A stretch of 64,000 bases of DNA from Opitutaceae bacterium (GCA_002722675.1 PBMN01000025.1:47267-111266), one strand, 5' to 3'. Shown: positions 1 to 10,925, numbered from the stretch's first letter. Program-made: numbers and translations. The notes: generated from the letters alone by a model not told the origin.

Positions 1-453
1 CGCTTGACATCCGCGATAATTGCAAAACTCATCGGCCACTTCAGGGTCCGCTATGTATTGCCATTGGTCACACATATCGAGACCAGACTGACCCACTTTT
101 CGTGATCCAAATGGGCTGCCCACGAAAAATTTGAACGGGTCACCCTCTTTCGCCAAAGTAGATTCCTGCTTGTGCAGCCTTTGAAGTTCGGGCTTTGGAT
201 CAAACGTATCCATATGTCCTGGAGCTCCCTCCATGAATAACATAATCACTGACTTCGCCTTAGCAGAGAACATGGGCTCTTTCGGCCAGAGGGGACCTCT
301 CTCTGTGGCCGACGCCTTTAACAAGGAAGAAGGATAATCCTTGGCCAACATGCTTGTCATGGCAAGCGATCCGAGCGATGCAGTGAGGCCGCAAAGAAAG
401 TCACGACGGGTAGTCGGCGTAGACAAAGGGCGAGAACAGATGGGTAATTTCAT
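1..453 (-). CDS. DUF1501 domain-containing protein (Tat-like signal; runs off the window edge)
   Basis: Hand translation from ATG at 453: MKLPICSRPLSTPTTRRDFLCG...AKAKSVIMLFMEGAPGHMDTFDPKP. RRDFL twin-arginine motif and the DUF1501 N-terminal signature; lies downstream of a PSD1 gene, the usual context. Confidence 0.88.
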   Translation of the reverse strand, partial: MKLPICSRPLSTPTTRRDFLCGLTASLGSLAMTSMLAKDYPSSLLKASATERGPLWPKEPMFSAKAKSVIMLFMEGAPGHMDTFDPKPELQRLHKQESTLAKEGDPFKFFVGSPFGSRKVGQSGLDMCDQWQYIADPEVADEFCNYRGCQA

Positions 454-560
454 GATATTAAATTTCTATGAGAGATCTTTTCCCTAGAATTTGTAAGAAC
501 GCACACGGACCTATCGGGGAGTTAATTTTGATGGGAATGATGTTATTTATAAGGACCATC

Positions 561-3533
561 TTAGTACACGTGAACAAATTCGTTGGTGTTAAAGAGGACA
601 AGGCAAAGGTCAGCCAGAGCACGGGTATCCGCATCTACATCGGCTGCTTTTTTATCGGGTAAATAGCCTTCGAAAGCGGGGAGTATTTCTTCGTATTCGA
701 AAGGCTTTCCGGAAAACTCCTCTACGAGTGAACGGGTGATCTTGGTCGGATAAGTTACCGGAACGGGCTCATGCTCCTTGTGGTAGTCTCTCATATTCTC
801 CACGTAGTTCAGCATGCGCATTTGCTCCCGCTTGGTTGGGCTTCTAGAGAGTGCTAACTCAAAGGCCCTGCTCACTCGCTTGGAAAAACTTTTCTCTTCC
901 CGAATCAGTCGATCCGCGAAAGCGATTGACCGATCTGTAACCACGTCGCTGTTTAAGAGGGTGAAGGCTTGCGGCGATACCGAGGCAACATCACGAATTT
1001 CGCACGAATCATTTGGATTGGGCTGATTAAATATTTCCAGGAAGGGATCGGCCTGCCCCCGTACTCGATAAGCGTAAACGCTCCGACGATTTCTTTGCTC
1101 AGGTTCAGGGAACGGCTGATGAGCCGGAGCGATGGAAAATTGGATCATTCGCGGTTGCAGCGCGACCTCCATATTGATTTCAGGCATTACCGGAAGACCT
1201 CCCACCTCGGTATTCAACTCCCCCGTAATTTTCAGCATCCCATCCCGAATCTCTTCCGCAGTTAGGCGGCGGGGAGGATAGGATGCTAGCAGGTCGTTGC
1301 TAGGGTCGTCCGTTTCTAGCTCTCCCCGTGCTGGGTGGATAGTTGATTGTTTGTATGTGTCCGACAGCATGATGAGCTTATGCATCCGCTTGATCTTCCA
1401 GCCCCCATCAACGAATTCAGCGGCCAGCCAATCAATAAGATCAGGATGCGTTGGTTTTTCGCCCTTCGCTCCAAAGTTGTTTGGGTTTGCTGCTAATGGC
1501 TTCCCGAAGTGATGCTGCCAAATGCGATTCACGTAGGAACGGCTAGTTAGTGGGTTGCGTGCATCGGCAATCCATCGAGCAACTGCTAGACGCCTGCCAT
1601 CAAGATCCTCCGGAATGACATAGGGGTCATCGCTTGCGGGATCCACAGGAACACCGAGAGCACTCAGAACTCCGGGTGAGACTCTTTCTCCGGGAGCTTT
1701 CAAGGACCCCCCCATCAGAATAAAGCTCTCGGTCGTTTCGTTCTCGTCGATCTTGTCGGTGACCCGGAGCTTACGTGCATTAACTGACTTCGGTAAGTGA
1801 CTATTAAATACGCTTTGAACCATGGGCTGATAACGCTCTTTGCGACGCTCCCAAATCCAATCGTCTTGTTCACGAACTTTCAGGCGACCTTCATCGATGT
1901 AGTCTAATCCGATATCGCGGGGAGGTTTAACGTCATCATCAAGTGCTTTCCTCGAAGCATGATCGATATACTCCAGACCTCTTTCCGTAAACCAGGTCTT
2001 GGCGGCTGCTTCACGTTTTTCATGCAGAGCCTCTTTTTTCTCAGCCGCAAACGCGTGCAACTTCTCAACCATTGCTTTTCCCTCCTCGAGTCCGTTGAGG
2101 TTTTCTTTTGGATGGAAAGCAGCTGGTCTTTCTGCAAGTTGTGTAGCTGAAAAGGCTGAATACAATCTGTAGTAGTCCTTAGTGGGCAGAGGGTCAAACT
2201 TGTGGTCGTGGCACTTAAGGCAACGCATGGTGGTTGAAAGGAAAGTCTGCCCCACCGAGTTAACGATATCGTCAATGTAGATTTGACGGGCCTCAGGCTT
2301 CGCGACCATAGCCGAATCCCAAGGTCCCATTCGCAGGAAGCCTGAGGCCACCATCCATTCGGTTTCCTGAGGGGTGTAAGCCCCGGTCCCGTGAATTTTA
2401 CTTATGGCTTCTTCGTCGCCATCTAGGCGGTCCTCGACCGAATTCGCGACCAATTCGTCCCCCGCCACTTGCTCGATGACGAATTCATTGTATGGCTTGT
2501 CTTCGTTAAATGAACGGATCACATAGTCACGATACCGCCACGCATTAGAGCGCTCATAGTCGTTGGACATTCCTCCCGTATCGGAATAACGAGCCACATC
2601 AAGCCAATGCTGGCCCCAACGCTCTCCATAGTGATCACTCTCCAGTAAACGATCTACGAGCTCGGTCCATGCATAATCCGGGTTTTGCTTGAATTCTCTC
2701 TTAAAATCCGCGACTTCTTCCGGACTTGGCGGAAGGCCGGTTACATCAAATGACGCTCGACGTATCAAAGTTATGGGGTCCACCTGAGGCGCGGGTTCAT
2801 ATCCTGCTTCTTGCAGCTTCGCTACGACAAACGAATCGATCGGGTTTCCCGTTCTCGTCGGTACTTCAGGTACCGCGGGTTTACGAATCGGCATGAAAGC
2901 CCACATGTCCTCAGGCTTGTACCGGCGGTATGTCCACTCGTCCGCCAAACCGCCGGAATGTTCAATGAGAATTCCTTCCTCATTTTCTCTGACTTTACGT
3001 TCCGCTATTCGAATTTCGTTTTGTCGTTCCTCATCCGGCCAGTGAGCACCCGCATTGATCCATTTTTCTAGATCGGCTATTTGTACTTCAGAAAGCCGAT
3101 CATTCTCCTTTGGCGGCATTTCAAAATCCGGATCCTTCCAACGGACCGCTTCCATTACGAAGCTATTCTCCGCATCACCGGGAATTAGCACGTCGTCGAA
3201 AAACTCTCCACCTTTGAGAAAATCCTCCAGCGTCGTCAGCTTCAGTCCGCCCTTCACTTTCTTGCCCGGTCCACCGTGGCAACCGTAACATTTTTCGGAG
3301 AGTATAGGTTTCACCTTCAAGGTAAACAGACGCTCCATTTCCGCTTCGTCAACGACTGCAGACACTGCGGATAAACTAGCCGTAGCAGACGCTACCAAAA
3401 GTACCAGTGAAGCTCTCAAACATTGGCGTTGGGCTTTCCCTTCCGAAAGGCCGTAACGAACAAATCTAATATTACGACGCACCATAGAGCCAGCCCCACT
3501 GTGGACATCTCCAATTTCTTTTTTGAAATACAT
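561..3533 (-). CDS. PSD1 / planctomycete cytochrome c protein (PSCyt1 + DUF1549 + DUF1553)
   Basis: CYGCH heme motif, YGERWGQHWLDVARY, RCLKCHDHKFDP, PTHPDLIDWLA, RRLTAEEIRD. The true start may be downstream of 3533. Confidence 0.93.
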   Translation of the reverse strand: MYFKKEIGDVHSGAGSMVRRNIRFVRYGLSEGKAQRQCLRASLVLLVASATASLSAVSAVVDEAEMERLFTLKVKPILSEKCYGCHGGPGKKVKGGLKLTTLEDFLKGGEFFDDVLIPGDAENSFVMEAVRWKDPDFEMPPKENDRLSEVQIADLEKWINAGAHWPDEERQNEIRIAERKVRENEEGILIEHSGGLADEWTYRRYKPEDMWAFMPIRKPAVPEVPTRTGNPIDSFVVAKLQEAGYEPAPQVDPITLIRRASFDVTGLPPSPEEVADFKREFKQNPDYAWTELVDRLLESDHYGERWGQHWLDVARYSDTGGMSNDYERSNAWRYRDYVIRSFNEDKPYNEFVIEQVAGDELVANSVEDRLDGDEEAISKIHGTGAYTPQETEWMVASGFLRMGPWDSAMVAKPEARQIYIDDIVNSVGQTFLSTTMRCLKCHDHKFDPLPTKDYYRLYSAFSATQLAERPAAFHPKENLNGLEEGKAMVEKLHAFAAEKKEALHEKREAAAKTWFTERGLEYIDHASRKALDDDVKPPRDIGLDYIDEGRLKVREQDDWIWERRKERYQPMVQSVFNSHLPKSVNARKLRVTDKIDENETTESFILMGGSLKAPGERVSPGVLSALGVPVDPASDDPYVIPEDLDGRRLAVARWIADARNPLTSRSYVNRIWQHHFGKPLAANPNNFGAKGEKPTHPDLIDWLAAEFVDGGWKIKRMHKLIMLSDTYKQSTIHPARGELETDDPSNDLLASYPPRRLTAEEIRDGMLKITGELNTEVGGLPVMPEINMEVALQPRMIQFSIAPAHQPFPEPEQRNRRSVYAYRVRGQADPFLEIFNQPNPNDSCEIRDVASVSPQAFTLLNSDVVTDRSIAFADRLIREEKSFSKRVSRAFELALSRSPTKREQMRMLNYVENMRDYHKEHEPVPVTYPTKITRSLVEEFSGKPFEYEEILPAFEGYLPDKKAADVDADTRALADLCLVLFNTNEFVHVY

Positions 3534-3539
3534 TTAAAA

Positions 3540-5117
3540 CTAAGGTCTTCCTTTTTCGTAAAGTTCTGCGATTTCGCTGGCGGACAATGAACCACTAAAA
3601 ATAGCAAATTCATCAATCGCTCCGTTCAAATTACGGAGAGCGAAATTTGGATCGCCCCTCGTGGGTTCGTTCCAATTTCCAATAGATGCCGCTCCAATTC
3701 GAACCGTATCCACAATGTACTCGTCTGAAATTCGATCCTGACTGATCGCTTCTCCATTTACGAAGTGAGTCGTTGTCTGCTCATCTACGTTGTAAACAGT
3801 CGCGATTTGTAACCACTTTCCACTTTGAGAGGGATCCCAAATCGGAGGAGAATAGGCGATTTGCTTGTCTTTTCCAGATCCTGGTACAGCAACTCTCCGT
3901 TTTACGGAAAAGAAGAGCCTTCCATCGTTCATGATCTGCCAATGCGGTTCGTTCAGCTCATGGCCATCTGTGAGGAAAAGGGAATTGTACATTCGATCCA
4001 AACTGTCGATACGAGCCCAGCAATAAAAGGTTACCGATCGATGCTCTCCAGGAATCGACACACGAACACGACTCCCTGCGGGACTGAAGTTTAAAGCACT
4101 CCCCGACTGGCCCCAGCGATCCGCATCGTGGCGAGCACTTACCACCGTGCCATTCAAACCAGATTGGGACGAGTCCAACAACTGACGTCCCCACTCATTC
4201 GATTGGTGCATGGGGTAATAGGCGATCATTCGTGGGTCATTGCCCAACACCGCCGCACTATCTGACCATGCCTGGCGGCGCTGCAGCCTTTGACTGACAA
4301 ATCTCCGCTCGAAGTCCGCTAGCCCAGGAAACTGGCTAGGTTCGAATGCCACTGACTCCGGATTCCCGCCTGCAGTCCAACGGAGAGACTGTCCATTGGA
4401 CAGGTGCTGCTTCTGCTTGGCATTGGGATGCCACTCGATTTCCCCATCGAGGACGTGCATGTCCGCATGCTCAGGGGTGACGTTCAGAGCAAATTCCGTT
4501 CCCAGATCAACAACATCGCCAGAGTTGGTCAACACTCGGAATCCATGAGCAGCGGTGGGAACCAGCGCCCGTATTTTTCCGTGCAATACAGACATCTCCA
4601 TGGGGGAGTTTATTTCAAACTCCGCTTTTCCCTCTAAAATAATCGTGACGCCACTGAAAAGTTCGAGTCGGGCAAGACCGGATTCCATCTGCAAGGGACC
4701 TTGCGGGACCAAGTCTCCCCTGTCTAGGTTCGGCTCGTTTACCCAAACGGCTTCCAATTGTTCCGCCAAAACAGCGTAGCCCGTTGCGATGGGCTCTGCT
4801 GCGGCGATGTCATTTGTTCTGTCTTCGAGGCTACTTTTTAATCCATAGGTACTTATAAATACAACTGCGAAAACTGCGGCGATACCCGCCAAAACACTAA
4901 ATTTTCCTGACCAAATGGATACTATTTTATCACTTTCTTCCTCCAGTGAAAGACTAGATTCCAACCTGAGCGAGTCGGTCAATTTCAGTCTGGAGTAGTA
5001 AGCATGGCGGGCTTCCGAGCTCACCCGCATCTCCGCTTCCAATTTGAAAAAATCCGCTTCTGAGATGGATCCCTCGATGAGATCGTCGATTAGCGGATCG
5101 CGTTCGTTCAAGGTCAT
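3540..5117 (-). CDS. FecR-type anti-sigma factor with C-terminal LamG/concanavalin A-like domain
   Basis: Short N-terminal cytoplasmic part, one TM helix, FecR motif GDVVDLGTEF..HVLDGEI, LamG end GAIDEFAIFSGSLS. ATG at 5117 overlaps the sigma gene stop (ATGA). Confidence 0.85.
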   Translation of the reverse strand: MTLNERDPLIDDLIEGSISEADFFKLEAEMRVSSEARHAYYSRLKLTDSLRLESSLSLEEESDKIVSIWSGKFSVLAGIAAVFAVVFISTYGLKSSLEDRTNDIAAAEPIATGYAVLAEQLEAVWVNEPNLDRGDLVPQGPLQMESGLARLELFSGVTIILEGKAEFEINSPMEMSVLHGKIRALVPTAAHGFRVLTNSGDVVDLGTEFALNVTPEHADMHVLDGEIEWHPNAKQKQHLSNGQSLRWTAGGNPESVAFEPSQFPGLADFERRFVSQRLQRRQAWSDSAAVLGNDPRMIAYYPMHQSNEWGRQLLDSSQSGLNGTVVSARHDADRWGQSGSALNFSPAGSRVRVSIPGEHRSVTFYCWARIDSLDRMYNSLFLTDGHELNEPHWQIMNDGRLFFSVKRRVAVPGSGKDKQIAYSPPIWDPSQSGKWLQIATVYNVDEQTTTHFVNGEAISQDRISDEYIVDTVRIGAASIGNWNEPTRGDPNFALRNLNGAIDEFAIFSGSLSASEIAELYEKGRP

Positions 5118-5650
5118 GCTTGAGCCTCCTTTGCCAAAGCGATGCGTTTCTCTACGCACAAGAGCAAGCGATTGCGAATACGATGTAGCGTTACCTTCAA
5201 CCCGCCAATACTGCGGCCCATTTTAGCCGCGTATTCCTTCAGCGGTGTCTTCTTGAAATACCGATGATGGATTAGATCGCGATCCGCTGGCCTGAGGTTT
5301 TTGAGACAAACCTGCAAGGCAATATGATGCTCGGACAAATCGTGAAGGTGGTCGGTCATTTCCTCCGCTATGATTTCTTCGAGCTCTTCGCAGAAAACCA
5401 GGCGGGCATCTTTGGCTTGCTTGAACCTGTATTTGCGAACCTGGAAGCGAGCAATGCTGAAAGCCCAGGCCTTGAAGTTAGTTCCGATCTCAAAATCGCT
5501 CCGTTTATCCCAGATAATCGTGTTCGTTTCCTGAGCGACATCGTCACCATGTGGATCCCCCGGCATCAAAGATTCCACATACAATCGCAGTGCTGACTGG
5601 TTTTGAGTCAGAAGGGAAACGATTGCGGCATTCTGTTTTTGTGCGTCCAT
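5114..5650 (-). CDS. ECF sigma-70 factor, Rhodopirellula/Verrucomicrobium type
   Basis: Region 2 DDVAQET...FKAWAFSIARFQV; region 4 CLKNL...LKVTLHRIRNRLLLC; 178 aa; coupled to the anti-sigma gene. Confidence 0.92.
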   Translation of the reverse strand: MDAQKQNAAIVSLLTQNQSALRLYVESLMPGDPHGDDVAQETNTIIWDKRSDFEIGTNFKAWAFSIARFQVRKYRFKQAKDARLVFCEELEEIIAEEMTDHLHDLSEHHIALQVCLKNLRPADRDLIHHRYFKKTPLKEYAAKMGRSIGGLKVTLHRIRNRLLLCVEKRIALAKEAQA

Positions 5651-5760
5651 CGGGCTACCTGGAGGCTAATCCATCTAATAACTAAAAGGTTAACACAAAT
5701 CGGGCGAATTCCCAAAGATTTATCGAGTTTATTATATAACCGAAACTCCAAAAGCTCATT

Positions 5761-5950
5761 TTACGGGCCAATTGCCCCCCACTTTCTTACGCAAGGTTTC
5801 AATGACTTCTGAGTGGTCCTTTGAGAGGGCTAAGTTGCTCATCTCGCTGGGATCTAAGCGTCGGTCGTAGAGTTCGATGCCTTTATCACCCTGCTCACAC
5901 CCATTCTACATAGTGCCAGCGATCCGTACGGATGCTGTATCCGGGCAAGT
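5761..5950 (-). pseudogene. Sulfatase C-terminal remnant
   Basis: Hand translation PGYSIRTDRWHYVEW, a frameshift, then EQGDKGIELYDRRLDPSEMSNLA...*. Matches the sulfatase C-terminal pattern (GYSIRT.RW.Y.EW / ELYD...DP.E..NLA). Confidence 0.75.
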
Positions 5951-6069
5951 CCACGAAAAAGGTCTGGATATACGCGGGTCTATTTTTTAGCTCGCTAGCT
6001 TTTGCCCTAACATTCGTCCTTTTGACGGAGTGGAGTTACAGATCCGTAGTCGACCTATCTCGAACGAAT

Positions 6070-7203
6070 CTACTTCGTTATCACATCCCAGTATCGGGTA
6101 CGCTTGGAGCTACCTTTAGGACCGGACACTTTTAGCGTGATCATTTTACGCACCCCAGGTCCAAACTCATGAATCGGGTTTCGTTCATTTGAAGTAGTGC
6201 CATCACCAAAGTCCCACTTCCAGGAGGTGATCTTTCCGATCGATTCGTCGTGGAACGAAACCATCCCCGCATCAACATCGAGAATCTTGAATGTCCATTC
6301 CGCTTTCATGTCTGGCTGCAACATCGCTTCAATGGGAGCGAGCCGAAATGGGATTAGGTAAGTCGCATCCTTAACCATTTGCACGTTGTGGGCCAGATTG
6401 TAGTGCCCATCACGCTTGTCTCCGTCGAAATCGAGAATCGACCAAGAGAGTCCGATATCCATGCCCTCTTCCAATTCGGTTTCCACTGCGTCTTCCGGCC
6501 GATCAAAGGGCGCGTAGTCGAAGGGCGTGATCCAGCATTCCAAGATCAGCTTCCCGCTCTCTCCATGCGTAAGGTCATGGGAAAACGCATGATTCGAATA
6601 CGGAAACTCACCTATCCAAGGTTGAGCTCCCCAGACCAGGACCCAGGCGTTGTTTACCGGGGGGGTGTAAATATGATAGTTTTGGGCGTGCACCCCAGCG
6701 AAGCGTATGTGATTCTCCAGGAATTCCGGGCTCATTTGATCTTTGTTGTCCGGCGGCAAGATTTTCGGATTGAGAATGAAGGGACCTCCAGAACGATCCC
6801 CGTCGACCGCGATCTCAAAAATGTCATTCAGGTACCCTCTCGGATTAGTCCGCTCGAAATCCCAAAAATCGTCGTGAGCTTCGTATAAAAAGTAGAGGCG
6901 ATTCATTCCTTTGACCCAACCAACGGTTACTTTTACATCTAAGTCTTTGCGGTCTATTTCAACGCCATGCCCATCTTCTGTATCGTTGAGAAATTCTGTA
7001 CCGTAGGTGTAGTCATCCGGCACGATTTCCCAATCGCTCGTGTCACCATCGAGGCGCGGCATCGCATCTCGCGGAAACTGGAAAATCTTAAAATCGGCGT
7101 TTGGGTGCGGATTTTGGAAATCGGCTAGCGCTCCTCGAGCGAATACCCCCATTGTAACAAAGGTCAGTACCAAGACTTCAGGAAAAGGCTTCAATTGTAT
7201 CAT
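6070..7203 (-). CDS. Secreted protein, CBM9/DOMON-like N-terminus and C-terminal PKD domain
   Basis: Signal peptide; PRLDGDTSDW motif; PKD signature SWKWDFGDGTTSNERNPIH. Confidence 0.7.
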   Translation of the reverse strand: MIQLKPFPEVLVLTFVTMGVFARGALADFQNPHPNADFKIFQFPRDAMPRLDGDTSDWEIVPDDYTYGTEFLNDTEDGHGVEIDRKDLDVKVTVGWVKGMNRLYFLYEAHDDFWDFERTNPRGYLNDIFEIAVDGDRSGGPFILNPKILPPDNKDQMSPEFLENHIRFAGVHAQNYHIYTPPVNNAWVLVWGAQPWIGEFPYSNHAFSHDLTHGESGKLILECWITPFDYAPFDRPEDAVETELEEGMDIGLSWSILDFDGDKRDGHYNLAHNVQMVKDATYLIPFRLAPIEAMLQPDMKAEWTFKILDVDAGMVSFHDESIGKITSWKWDFGDGTTSNERNPIHEFGPGVRKMITLKVSGPKGSSKRTRYWDVITK

Positions 7204-7390
7204 TACAGTACTTTGTTGGGTTCGGGTGTTCCTGACAACCGGGAATTCTGAAAGGTAAAGCTGATGATCCCTAGTAGGCCTTCATCTCTTCAATCGATAA
7301 CTCCGAGTCATGCTGTTTCGAAATAAAAACCCTAGCATAATTTCCAGAATTTCCGTTGAATCCGAGTCCCCAGCTTTTAACTTTCTTCTT

Positions 7391-9067
7391 ATGCTTCGGA
7401 ATACTATTACCTCGTTCGCTGTCTCGGTCCTCGCATTGGGTCTCTTTCCTCAGTCGGGCTGCTCCCAGCCGCTCGTTTCACCTGATAATGGAGGACTCCA
7501 GTTACCCGAGGGTTTCCAGGCTTTGGTCGTGGCCGACAATGTAGGACGGGCGCGGAGACTGGCAGTTCGGGACAACGGCGATATTTACGCAGCACTGATG
7601 GACCCCATTGATCTCGGCTATGTCGTGGCGATGCGAGATACGAGCGGTGATGGGGTCATGGACGTCGTCAAGTACTTCGGGGAACTGGATAGCCAATGCA
7701 AGTCATTGGAAATATATAAGGGCTATCTATATGTTGGGTCCACTACTCAAATAGTGAGGTTCCCGCTCGATTCCAAGCAACTCCTACCAACCGGGCCATA
7801 CGAGACCGTCGTATCCGGTTTTCCCACACCCAAGAATCATCGCAGCAAAAATATTACGTTCGACGACTCGGGTAACCTCTATGTGTCAGCCGGGTCTCCC
7901 GGCAACTCCTGCCAGGAGGTTGACCGGACCTTGCACTCCCCCGGAAAATTTCCGTGCGACGAACTCGAACGATATGCGGGAGTATGGATGTTCGATGCGG
8001 AAACACTGGGGCAGACCCAACTCGAGGACGGATTCAAGTTCGCAACTGGCATTCGCAACAATGTCGCCTTTCAATGGGATCCCCTGAAAAAGGAGCTCTA
8101 CGGCGTCAATAACGGTCGCGACAACCTGTTGCAAAATTGGCCCGAACTGTACAACGAGCAAGAAAGTGCGGAGCTTCCTTCTGAAGAATTTCATCACATC
8201 CAGGAAGGTTCAAATTTCGGCTGGCCCTACACCTACTACGACCACGAACAGAATACGCGCATCATTAACCCAGAGTATGGTGGCGATAAGCTAAAGCGTC
8301 CCGAAGAAGGTCTTTATGATGATCCCGTCCTGACTTTTCCTGGCCATTGGGCACCGGTAGGGCTTCAGTTCTACAATGCCACCCAGTTTCCACAAAAGTA
8401 CCAGGGCGGTGCTTTTGTATCCTTCCACGGTTCCTGGAATAGGGCCCCCCTTCCACAGCAAGGTTACAATATTGCTTTCGTCCCATTTGACGGAGTTTTG
8501 CCCGAGGGAGGCTACGAGATATTTGCGGACGGCTTCAAGGGTACCGATGTACTGCATGTTCCGAATCAAGCCACGTACCGGCCTACTGGCCTGACAGTGG
8601 GCCCGGACGGGTCCCTTTACGTATCGGAAGACAAAGTGGGCCGTATTTGGAAAATTATGTACACGGCCGGAAAAGGCGTTTTCTCAAAGGCGGATACAGC
8701 CAAGGAAATTCAGATCGTGCAAGAAGTTACCCGCACGAGTAATCCCATTCGAAGAGCTGATCCAAAGGGTGAAGCGCTCTACAACCAGTATTGCCTGGCT
8801 TGCCATCAGGCAGACGGAAGCGGAGTGCCCAATATGCAGCCTTCGCTAATCGGTTCCGAAAGGCTTTCTAGTTCCGATGATGCCTTTCTGATTAAGTTGA
8901 TGCTCGAGGGTAGCGAATGGATACAGGATAGGGAATATAGCAACCTCATGGCCAGTTTCTCTTTTTTAACGGACGAAGAAATTGTGCTGACCCTAAATTT
9001 TGCTCGGGCCCGATTCGCCAACGCCAGCTCGAATATCCAGGCTAGCGATATCGCCGAGATGCGATAG
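7391..9067 (+). CDS. PQQ-dependent sugar/sorbosone dehydrogenase-family beta-propeller fused to cytochrome c
   Basis: ATGIRN, NFGWPY, HWAPVGLQFY, FHGSWNR, RPTGLTVGPDGSLYVSED; C-terminal CLACH; signal peptide. ATG 7391 preferred over 7310. Confidence 0.88.
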   Translation: MLRNTITSFAVSVLALGLFPQSGCSQPLVSPDNGGLQLPEGFQALVVADNVGRARRLAVRDNGDIYAALMDPIDLGYVVAMRDTSGDGVMDVVKYFGELDSQCKSLEIYKGYLYVGSTTQIVRFPLDSKQLLPTGPYETVVSGFPTPKNHRSKNITFDDSGNLYVSAGSPGNSCQEVDRTLHSPGKFPCDELERYAGVWMFDAETLGQTQLEDGFKFATGIRNNVAFQWDPLKKELYGVNNGRDNLLQNWPELYNEQESAELPSEEFHHIQEGSNFGWPYTYYDHEQNTRIINPEYGGDKLKRPEEGLYDDPVLTFPGHWAPVGLQFYNATQFPQKYQGGAFVSFHGSWNRAPLPQQGYNIAFVPFDGVLPEGGYEIFADGFKGTDVLHVPNQATYRPTGLTVGPDGSLYVSEDKVGRIWKIMYTAGKGVFSKADTAKEIQIVQEVTRTSNPIRRADPKGEALYNQYCLACHQADGSGVPNMQPSLIGSERLSSSDDAFLIKLMLEGSEWIQDREYSNLMASFSFLTDEEIVLTLNFARARFANASSNIQASDIAEMR

Positions 9068-9130
9068 TCAATCCCCAAGTCTGGCGCTTGCGCTCGTCCT
9101 TCTGGGTTCAATTCGATTCTCTCCCAGCAA

Positions 9131-9147
9131 TTTACATTAAATGTAAA
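9131..9147. promoter_or_regulatory. Perfect inverted repeat TTTACATT-A-AATGTAAA, candidate operator upstream of the MFS gene
   Basis: 8-bp arms seen directly, about 180 bp upstream of the ATG at 9325. Confidence 0.4.
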
Positions 9148-9324
9148 ATTAGGGAATATAAAAGCTCGACATACACTGTTCGCATGTTTGCTTCCTTTGT
9201 TTCCATTAACCGTCTTTCTTCTCCCACACTCCCCCGTCACTAAATCGTTCACTCGATTCAGCGTACTATGAATTGACTAAGCAGAAAGACATAGATTAAC
9301 TTAAAAGAGAGGTTATTCCTTAAC

Positions 9325-10869
9325 ATGAGCGAAATACATCGATCAAGACTACTATGGGCCGGCTTTATGGCGATTCTCGCTGCTGGAGTTGGCTTTGCCA
9401 TCCGTGGCGGAATATTTGACAATTGGGCTGGTGAATACGGTTTCACGGGCGCGCAGTTAGGCGCGATCGGTGGAGCGGGCTTTTCTGGCTTCTGCTTCGG
9501 CATCATCATCGGAGGCGTAATTGTTGATAAGATTGGCTATGGCAAACTGGTCCTCTTGGCCCTCGCCTGCCACGTGCTTTCCGCGTTTGTGACCTTTGCA
9601 GCCGGTGGGGATTCTGCCTATGCCTTCCTATTTTGGGGCATGTTCATCTTCGCCTATGCGAACGGTACGCTCGAGGCGGTTGCGAATCCTCTTATCTCAA
9701 CGCTATACCCTGAAAGCAGGACACATTACCTCAATATCTTACACGCTTCCTGGCCTGCGGGCATGATTATCGGAGCTGTAATCGGATGGGTGCTCGACGA
9801 TAAATTCGGAGTGCCTTGGAAGTACCAACTCGCTATCTACCTGGTTCCCACCGTCATTTACGGAATTATGTTCCTCGGCCAGAAGTATCCGAAATCGGAA
9901 GCATCTGAAAAAGGACTGGGGCTGGGCGACATGATGAAGGACGTCGGAATCTTGGGCGGGCTCGTGATTTGCTATTTGCTTTCTCTTTTCCTCTCGACCT
10001 TGGGAGTATCGTTTCTATCGCCTACGGTTAGCTACATTGTCGCTTTTATCCTTTTGGTTGCTATCGGCTACATTACCAAGTTTTCAATGGGATCGATTCT
10101 CCTTTTCATTCTATTCGTCGCCCACGCTCTCGTAGGTGCAGTAGAGCTAGGAACGGACGGATGGGTGCAAAACATAACCGGAAACATACTTACTTCTGAA
10201 CAAGGCAAAATTCTCTTCGTTTGGACCTCAACGATCATGTTTGCCCTTCGCTTCAGTGCAGAGTTCATCGAAACACGTCTGAAGCTTTCGCCTGTCGGGA
10301 TATTGCTCGTATGCTCGATTCTCGCTTTCATAGGACTGAACATGGCAGCTGGAATGACCAGCTTCCTTGGTGCGATGCTTGCATTAGGCATCTACGCAGT
10401 TGGAAAAACCTTCTTCTGGCCCACCATGCTTGCCGTTGCGGGTGACCGCTATCCGCATACCGGAGCAGTCGCTATGAGCATCATGGGTGGAATCGGAATG
10501 CTCTCGGCAGGTCTACTCGGATCTCCAGGTCTTGGTTTCGCCAAGGATCACTACTCTGGCAGAGCCTTGGAAGAAGCTAATCCAGCAATCTACCAAGTCG
10601 TGAGGGCGGACGCTCCCAGCTCTTTCCTATGGTTGGGCACCACTGGACTAGACGGAACGAAATTGAGTGAAGCTCAAGGTCGCGTGACAGAAGGAAAAGC
10701 ACTCGAGGGTGACAATGATATCGTTGCAGCGAGTATTGAGGGCGATCGCAAGACACTGAGAGCCGATGCTTACATACCGCTTTCAATGGCAGTAATCTAT
10801 CTAGGGATTATGCTCTACTTCAAATCGATCGGCGGCTACCGACGGGTCGCTATCGAAGAAACATCGTAG
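9325..10869 (+). CDS. MFS transporter (probable sugar permease)
   Basis: Multiple TM helices, motif-A-like [19 protein letters not shown]. Confidence 0.9.
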   Translation: MSEIHRSRLLWAGFMAILAAGVGFAIRGGIFDNWAGEYGFTGAQLGAIGGAGFSGFCFGIIIGGVIVDKIGYGKLVLLALACHVLSAFVTFAAGGDSAYAFLFWGMFIFAYANGTLEAVANPLISTLYPESRTHYLNILHASWPAGMIIGAVIGWVLDDKFGVPWKYQLAIYLVPTVIYGIMFLGQKYPKSEASEKGLGLGDMMKDVGILGGLVICYLLSLFLSTLGVSFLSPTVSYIVAFILLVAIGYITKFSMGSILLFILFVAHALVGAVELGTDGWVQNITGNILTSEQGKILFVWTSTIMFALRFSAEFIETRLKLSPVGILLVCSILAFIGLNMAAGMTSFLGAMLALGIYAVGKTFFWPTMLAVAGDRYPHTGAVAMSIMGGIGMLSAGLLGSPGLGFAKDHYSGRALEEANPAIYQVVRADAPSSFLWLGTTGLDGTKLSEAQGRVTEGKALEGDNDIVAASIEGDRKTLRADAYIPLSMAVIYLGIMLYFKSIGGYRRVAIEETS

Positions 10870-10892
10870 ATAAGGTCTTACCTACAATTTTG

Positions 10893-10925
10893 AAGGGCGC
10901 TGTCATGAGGCAGTGCTCTTTTTTT
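10893..10925 (+). terminator. Rho-independent terminator
   Basis: AAGGGCGCTGTC-atga-GGCAGTGCTCTT stem followed by a T run, just after the MFS stop. Confidence 0.8.
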
